The position numbers and the translations under genes are program-made. Positions 60,075-64,000 of a DNA stretch of 64,000 bases are shown here, piece by piece (position 1 is the first letter of the stretch; each line of letters starts with the position of its first letter). The stretch comes from a virus (lineage: Duplodnaviria; Heunggongvirae; Uroviricota; Caudoviricetes): IMG/VR virus record IMGVR_UViG_3300010396_000041; one strand, written 5' to 3'. A model generated the notes under the pieces. The model was not told the DNA's origin. It made no database searches and was given only the letters and a program-made list of their open reading frames with translations.

Positions 60075-60306
60075 GGCAGGCGACGTCAGGCAGTTCATCC
60101 GTCGCGCCCGCAAGGCAGGAGTCGTGATCACCGGCCCCGATGGCTCCGGCCATTGGGCGGTGATACACGAAGGCCACAGATGCTCCACCATCGCTGGCTC
60201 ACCCAGCGACCACCGGTGGTTGAAGAACGCCGTCGCCGACATCAGAAGGTTCACAGGCATCGACCTGCGACCCGAGCACCAAAAGCGCAAACCCGCAACC
60301 CAGTGA
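60064..60306 (+). CDS. hypothetical protein (80 aa)
   Basis: ORF 59908..60306 from M53. Confidence 0.45.
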   Translation: MPTRAGDVRQFIRRARKAGVVITGPDGSGHWAVIHEGHRCSTIAGSPSDHRWLKNAVADIRRFTGIDLRPEHQKRKPATQ

Positions 60307-60313
60307 GGTAACT

Positions 60314-61321
60314 GTGCCGAACCCGCTCCACCTGATCGCCCCGGGTGTGCGGGTGCTGTCTGAGCCAGAGACCCCCCGACCGGAATGGCTAGAACTCCGG
60401 AAGGGGGGCCTTGGTGGCTCCGACGCACTCGCCATCGCCAACCTCGACCAGTACCGCAGCCCCTTGCGGGTGTGGCTGGAGAAGACCGGCGAAGACCTCA
60501 ACGAGGAAGGCGACAACCCGCTGCTGCACTGGGGTCGGATGATGGAGGCGCCGCTAGCCGACTGGTTCGCCGAGACCAGTGGTATCGAGATCTTCGAATG
60601 CGGGATGCTCGGGCACCCCTCCATCGACTGGATGCGCTTTTCTCCCGACCGGCTTACCGCCGACGACGCCATCTTGGAAATCAAGACTGTCGGTCCGTAC
60701 GCGGTTGCCGCTGCCTGGGAGAATGGAAAGACCCCCGACCGCGCGGTGGTACAGGTGCACCACGGCATGCACGTCACCGGCAAGCAGCGCGCCTACGTCG
60801 TCGGCGGGGTCTGGGGAGCCGAGCCGCAGCTGCGCGTCATCGAACGCGACGAGTCGATCATCGAAGAACTGGTGAAGCTGGAGACCGAGTTCTGGCAGTA
60901 CGTCATCGACCTCACTCCGCCGCCCCTGGGCCAACACCCCGACGAAGCAGCCCTCCTGCGCCTGCTCTACCCCCTCGGAGACCCCGACCTAGCCGTAGAG
61001 CTCTCCCCCCGCGCGTTCGCGGCTCTGAGCGCCTATCAGAAGCTCGGAGAGCAGGCTAAGACGCTCGACGCGCAGCGCCTGGCGATGCAGGCGATCGTTA
61101 CCGCCGAGCTCGGCGAAGCCACCGAAGGCACCTGGCAGGGCAAGCCGGTCGTCAGCTGGCGCAACAACGCCCCGCTTTCGGAGAAGACGCTGCGCACCGA
61201 ACACCCCGACCTCGCCACCGAGTACACGATCCAGAAAGACGCACTCGACCGGGATCGGCTCTACCGCGATCATCCCGAGCTGACCGCCCGCTTGCGGGCG
61301 CGCCGGTTCCTCGTCAACTAA
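60314..61321 (+). CDS. YqaJ-like (lambda-Exo family) viral recombinase exonuclease (335 aa)
   Basis: LRKGGLGGSDALAIANLDQY YqaJ signature. GTG start with GAGG RBS. Confidence 0.8.
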   Translation: MPNPLHLIAPGVRVLSEPETPRPEWLELRKGGLGGSDALAIANLDQYRSPLRVWLEKTGEDLNEEGDNPLLHWGRMMEAPLADWFAETSGIEIFECGMLGHPSIDWMRFSPDRLTADDAILEIKTVGPYAVAAAWENGKTPDRAVVQVHHGMHVTGKQRAYVVGGVWGAEPQLRVIERDESIIEELVKLETEFWQYVIDLTPPPLGQHPDEAALLRLLYPLGDPDLAVELSPRAFAALSAYQKLGEQAKTLDAQRLAMQAIVTAELGEATEGTWQGKPVVSWRNNAPLSEKTLRTEHPDLATEYTIQKDALDRDRLYRDHPELTARLRARRFLVN

Positions 61322-61329
61322 GGACACGC

Positions 61330-62382
61330 ATGGCCAGCCAGCGCGACACCACCAGCCGTCAGTCGCAGAACTACATCAACCACATCGTCATGGTGCTCGA
61401 CATGTCGTACTCGATGATGCCGCACCGTAGCAACCTGATCGCCGTCGCGGACGGTCAGATCTCCCACCTGGCCCGCCGCTCGAAGGAGCTCGACCAGGAG
61501 ACCCGCATCACCGTCTACGTCTTCGACGACGTCAACGAGTGCGTGATCTACGACAAGGACGTGCTGCGTCTTCCGTCGATCGCGAAGTTCTACCACCCGC
61601 GCGGCGGTACCGCGCTGCGCGACGCCACCGGTCAGGCGCTGATCGAGCTGGCCGAGACCCCGGAGCGTTACGGCGACCACGCGTTCCTGGTATACGTGCT
61701 GACTGACGGCGAGGAGAACCGCTCCCGGATGGTCAGCGCCGCGCAGCTGAAGTCCTCGATCGCGGCGCTGCCCGATCACTGGACGGTCGCGGCGCTGGTA
61801 CCGAACGCCATGGGCAAGCACGAGGCCAAGCAGTGCGGGTTCCCCTCGGACAACATCGCCATCTGGAACCCGGACGACAAGGGCGGTGTCGCCGAAGTCG
61901 GCGAAACGATCAAGCAGGCGACCGAGAACTTCATGACCAACCGCGCCAAGGGTGTACGCGGCTCGAAGTCCCTGTTCTCCGTCGGCGCGGACGTTCTCAA
62001 CACGCAGACCGTTGCCGCTGCCGGTCTCACGCCGTTGGACGTCGACTCCTACAACATCCTGCACATCGACCCCAAGCTGCCCGAGAAGACTCCCGTGAAG
62101 CAGTACATCGAGGATGAGCTTGGGCTCAAGTTCCGGATCGGCTCCGTGTACTACGAGCTGACCCGCACCGAGCGCATCCAGCCGGGCAAGAAGGTGCTGG
62201 TGCAGAACAAGAAGTCCGGACATGTCTACGGAGGTCAGCAGGCCCGTGACCTGCTCGGCCTGCCCGACATGCAGGTCACCGTGAAGCCCGACGGGGTCAA
62301 CAAGGACTATCGGGTGCTGATCCAGTCCACGTCCAGCAACCGGCACATGGACCCGAACACCACCGTGCTCATCATGAAGTAG
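61330..62382 (+). CDS. von Willebrand factor A domain protein (350 aa)
   Basis: IVMVLDMSYSM MIDAS (DxSxS) and downstream VLTDGEEN. Confidence 0.65.
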   Translation: MASQRDTTSRQSQNYINHIVMVLDMSYSMMPHRSNLIAVADGQISHLARRSKELDQETRITVYVFDDVNECVIYDKDVLRLPSIAKFYHPRGGTALRDATGQALIELAETPERYGDHAFLVYVLTDGEENRSRMVSAAQLKSSIAALPDHWTVAALVPNAMGKHEAKQCGFPSDNIAIWNPDDKGGVAEVGETIKQATENFMTNRAKGVRGSKSLFSVGADVLNTQTVAAAGLTPLDVDSYNILHIDPKLPEKTPVKQYIEDELGLKFRIGSVYYELTRTERIQPGKKVLVQNKKSGHVYGGQQARDLLGLPDMQVTVKPDGVNKDYRVLIQSTSSNRHMDPNTTVLIMK

Positions 62383-62428
62383 CACCTTGAGAATCGCTCC
62401 CAGCATCACTTCGTGGTAGTGTTGTGCC

Positions 62429-62677
62429 GTGGAGGAAATGACTGGGAGCCAGCTCAAGGCTCTTGAAAACCGGATGCGGCGCGTCGCCGAGCGGCAGGGA
62501 CTAACCCTGACCAAGTCTCGGCGACGCGACCCGCGCGCTATCGGCTATGGCACGTTCACCCTCACGGACGGAATCGTCGTCCTCGGGGAACGGCTCACCC
62601 TGACTCAGGTGGGCCAGCTCCTCCGCGAAGACCCGGCACCCGGACCTTCGAAGGAGCGCAACGTTGCCTACTACTGA
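62429..62677 (+). CDS. hypothetical protein (82 aa)
   Basis: ORF track. Confidence 0.45.
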   Translation: MEEMTGSQLKALENRMRRVAERQGLTLTKSRRRDPRAIGYGTFTLTDGIVVLGERLTLTQVGQLLREDPAPGPSKERNVAYY

Positions 62678-63563
62678 ACTCGCCCAGCGCCTGGCCAACC
62701 GACCCGTCGAACAGGTTGACCTTCGTACGCAGCTGATGGGCATGACCGAGCAGTTCCAGCTGGCCATGCCGCGCGGCTTCGAAGCCAAGCAGCTGGTACG
62801 CGACGCCCTGACCTGCCTGCGCGAGACCCCTAAGCTCGCGCAGTGCGACCCCGCGTCGGTGCTCGGTGGCCTGATGACCGCCGCGCAGCTGGGACTTCGC
62901 CCGGCAGTACTCGGACAGTGCTGGCTGCTGCCGATGTGGAACCGGCGCGCTGGCGGACATCAGGCGACGCTCGTAGTCGGCTACCTCGGCTACCTGGAGC
63001 TGATCAACCGCTCCCAGCGGGTCGCGAAGATCACCGCGCGGAAGGTCTACGAGTTCGATAAGTTTGACGTCGAATACGGCGACAGCGAGCGGTTGAAGCA
63101 CAAGCCGATGCTCTTCGGCGACCGGGGCAGTGTCGTGGCGTACTACGCCACCGCTCAGCTGGTCCCGAAGGCCACCACCTTCCACGTGATGACGAAGGCT
63201 GAGGTCGAGGAGCACCGCGACAAGTTCGCTATGGCCAAGACCAAGGACGGCACCGTCATCGGGCCGTGGCGGGATCACTTCGACCAGATGGCGTTGAAGA
63301 CCGTCATCCTGCGTCTGGTCCGGCTGCTGCCGAAGACCCCGGAGCTGGCAGCGGCGAGCATCGCTGACGGAGCGGTACGCCAGGATCACGACCCGCGCGC
63401 CGATGTGATCACGGTGACGCAGGACGAGCCGCTGGAGGAGCCGACCCCGGCGCTGTCGCTGGAAGCAGCGAAAGCGGCACTCGGCCCGGTCAGCGACGAG
63501 GTGTGGGCTCGGGCCGAGGAGCAGGCGAAGCAGGCTGCCGCCGAAGCAGGATACGAGTCCTGA
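62664..63563 (+). CDS. RecT-family single-strand annealing recombinase (299 aa)
   Basis: GHQATLVVGYLGYLELINRS... TTG start with AAGGAG RBS. Confidence 0.8.
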   Translation: MPTTELAQRLANRPVEQVDLRTQLMGMTEQFQLAMPRGFEAKQLVRDALTCLRETPKLAQCDPASVLGGLMTAAQLGLRPAVLGQCWLLPMWNRRAGGHQATLVVGYLGYLELINRSQRVAKITARKVYEFDKFDVEYGDSERLKHKPMLFGDRGSVVAYYATAQLVPKATTFHVMTKAEVEEHRDKFAMAKTKDGTVIGPWRDHFDQMALKTVILRLVRLLPKTPELAAASIADGAVRQDHDPRADVITVTQDEPLEEPTPALSLEAAKAALGPVSDEVWARAEEQAKQAAAEAGYES

Positions 63564-63614
63564 CGTGGGTGTACCGCCACAGTGGGGGGGAGGCTGTGGC
63601 GGTACGCTCCCCAG

Positions 63615-64000
63615 TATGGTCCCTTGTGTGCGCTGCCGCCATTCGAACGAGAAGCGGCTGTGCCAGCGCTGCACCCAGGCAGTCGATGAACAACTCGCCT
63701 CTCTCCCGGGCTTCTATGCCGACCTGGCCCGGTTCCTCGCTCCAGGCTCGTCAGCGGGCGGAGAGGGCTTCTCCAAGCGCGTAGAGGCCCCCTTGCCTGC
63801 CAGGCTAGGGCCGCTCTCTTTGCGCGGCGCAGGGGGCATCGTAGGGGTTCTGGGGGCGTGGGAAGCAGACTGGCGTGACACCCTCGGCTGGTCGTCGACT
63901 CCGGCGCGTGGGCGGATTGAGCGCGCAGTTGAAGGTCATGCGACATTTCTGCGCAACAACCTGCTGTGGTGCGTCGATGAGCACCCGGCGGTCAAGGAGT
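63615..64000 (+). CDS. hypothetical zinc-finger protein, 3' end beyond the window
   Basis: Manual frame MVPCVRCRHSNEKRLCQRCTQAVDEQLASLPGFYADLARFLAPG... open to the window end. Alternative GTG start at 63582. Not in the ORF track (edge-truncated). Confidence 0.45.

Overview
This window reads as a high-GC (about 65%) tailed actinobacteriophage or prophage genome segment, almost gene-saturated, with compact gene units (conserved upstream motif, strong Shine-Dalgarno, GC-rich hairpin). The left arm is transcribed leftward on the minus strand. A capsid maturation protease gene runs off the window start and is invisible to the ORF track. It is followed by a 1428-aa portal/MuF/ParB-like fusion, a beta-helix tail-fibre-like gene, a small plus-strand insert (9601-11034) and an HTH regulator. 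Next come about 26 minus-strand tRNAs (12127-12945, 14602-16864), a YoeB-like toxin, then TerL/TerS (17667-19593). A long array of small minus-strand genes follows (19.6-47 kb). Most are preceded by a 15-bp conserved motif 16-41 nt upstream of the start codon. This array holds a six-member paralog family sharing a C-terminal '...PLRTR..A..AI..IKAL' module, and a 675-aa D/E/R/N-rich tandem-repeat protein. It also holds an Rsr/Ro60 gene followed by six Y-RNA-like units, four of which carry tRNA-like modules, plus an Lsr2-like protein. A 7-deazaguanine (preQ0/queuosine-type) cluster is split by a divergent promoter pair at about 52.65-52.72 kb: folE-queD-queC, two tandem DpdA/TGT-like paralogs, a ParB-like gene and RNase H on the minus strand, queE and a DGQHR protein on the plus strand. 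The right arm (plus strand) holds a replication-initiator-like gene with internal iterons and an AT-rich patch, WhiB, HNH, a YqaJ exonuclease, a vWA protein and RecT. No integrase, rRNA or CRISPR was seen. Hand-derived coordinates (tRNAs, hairpins, trimmed starts) are accurate to about 1-3 nt.
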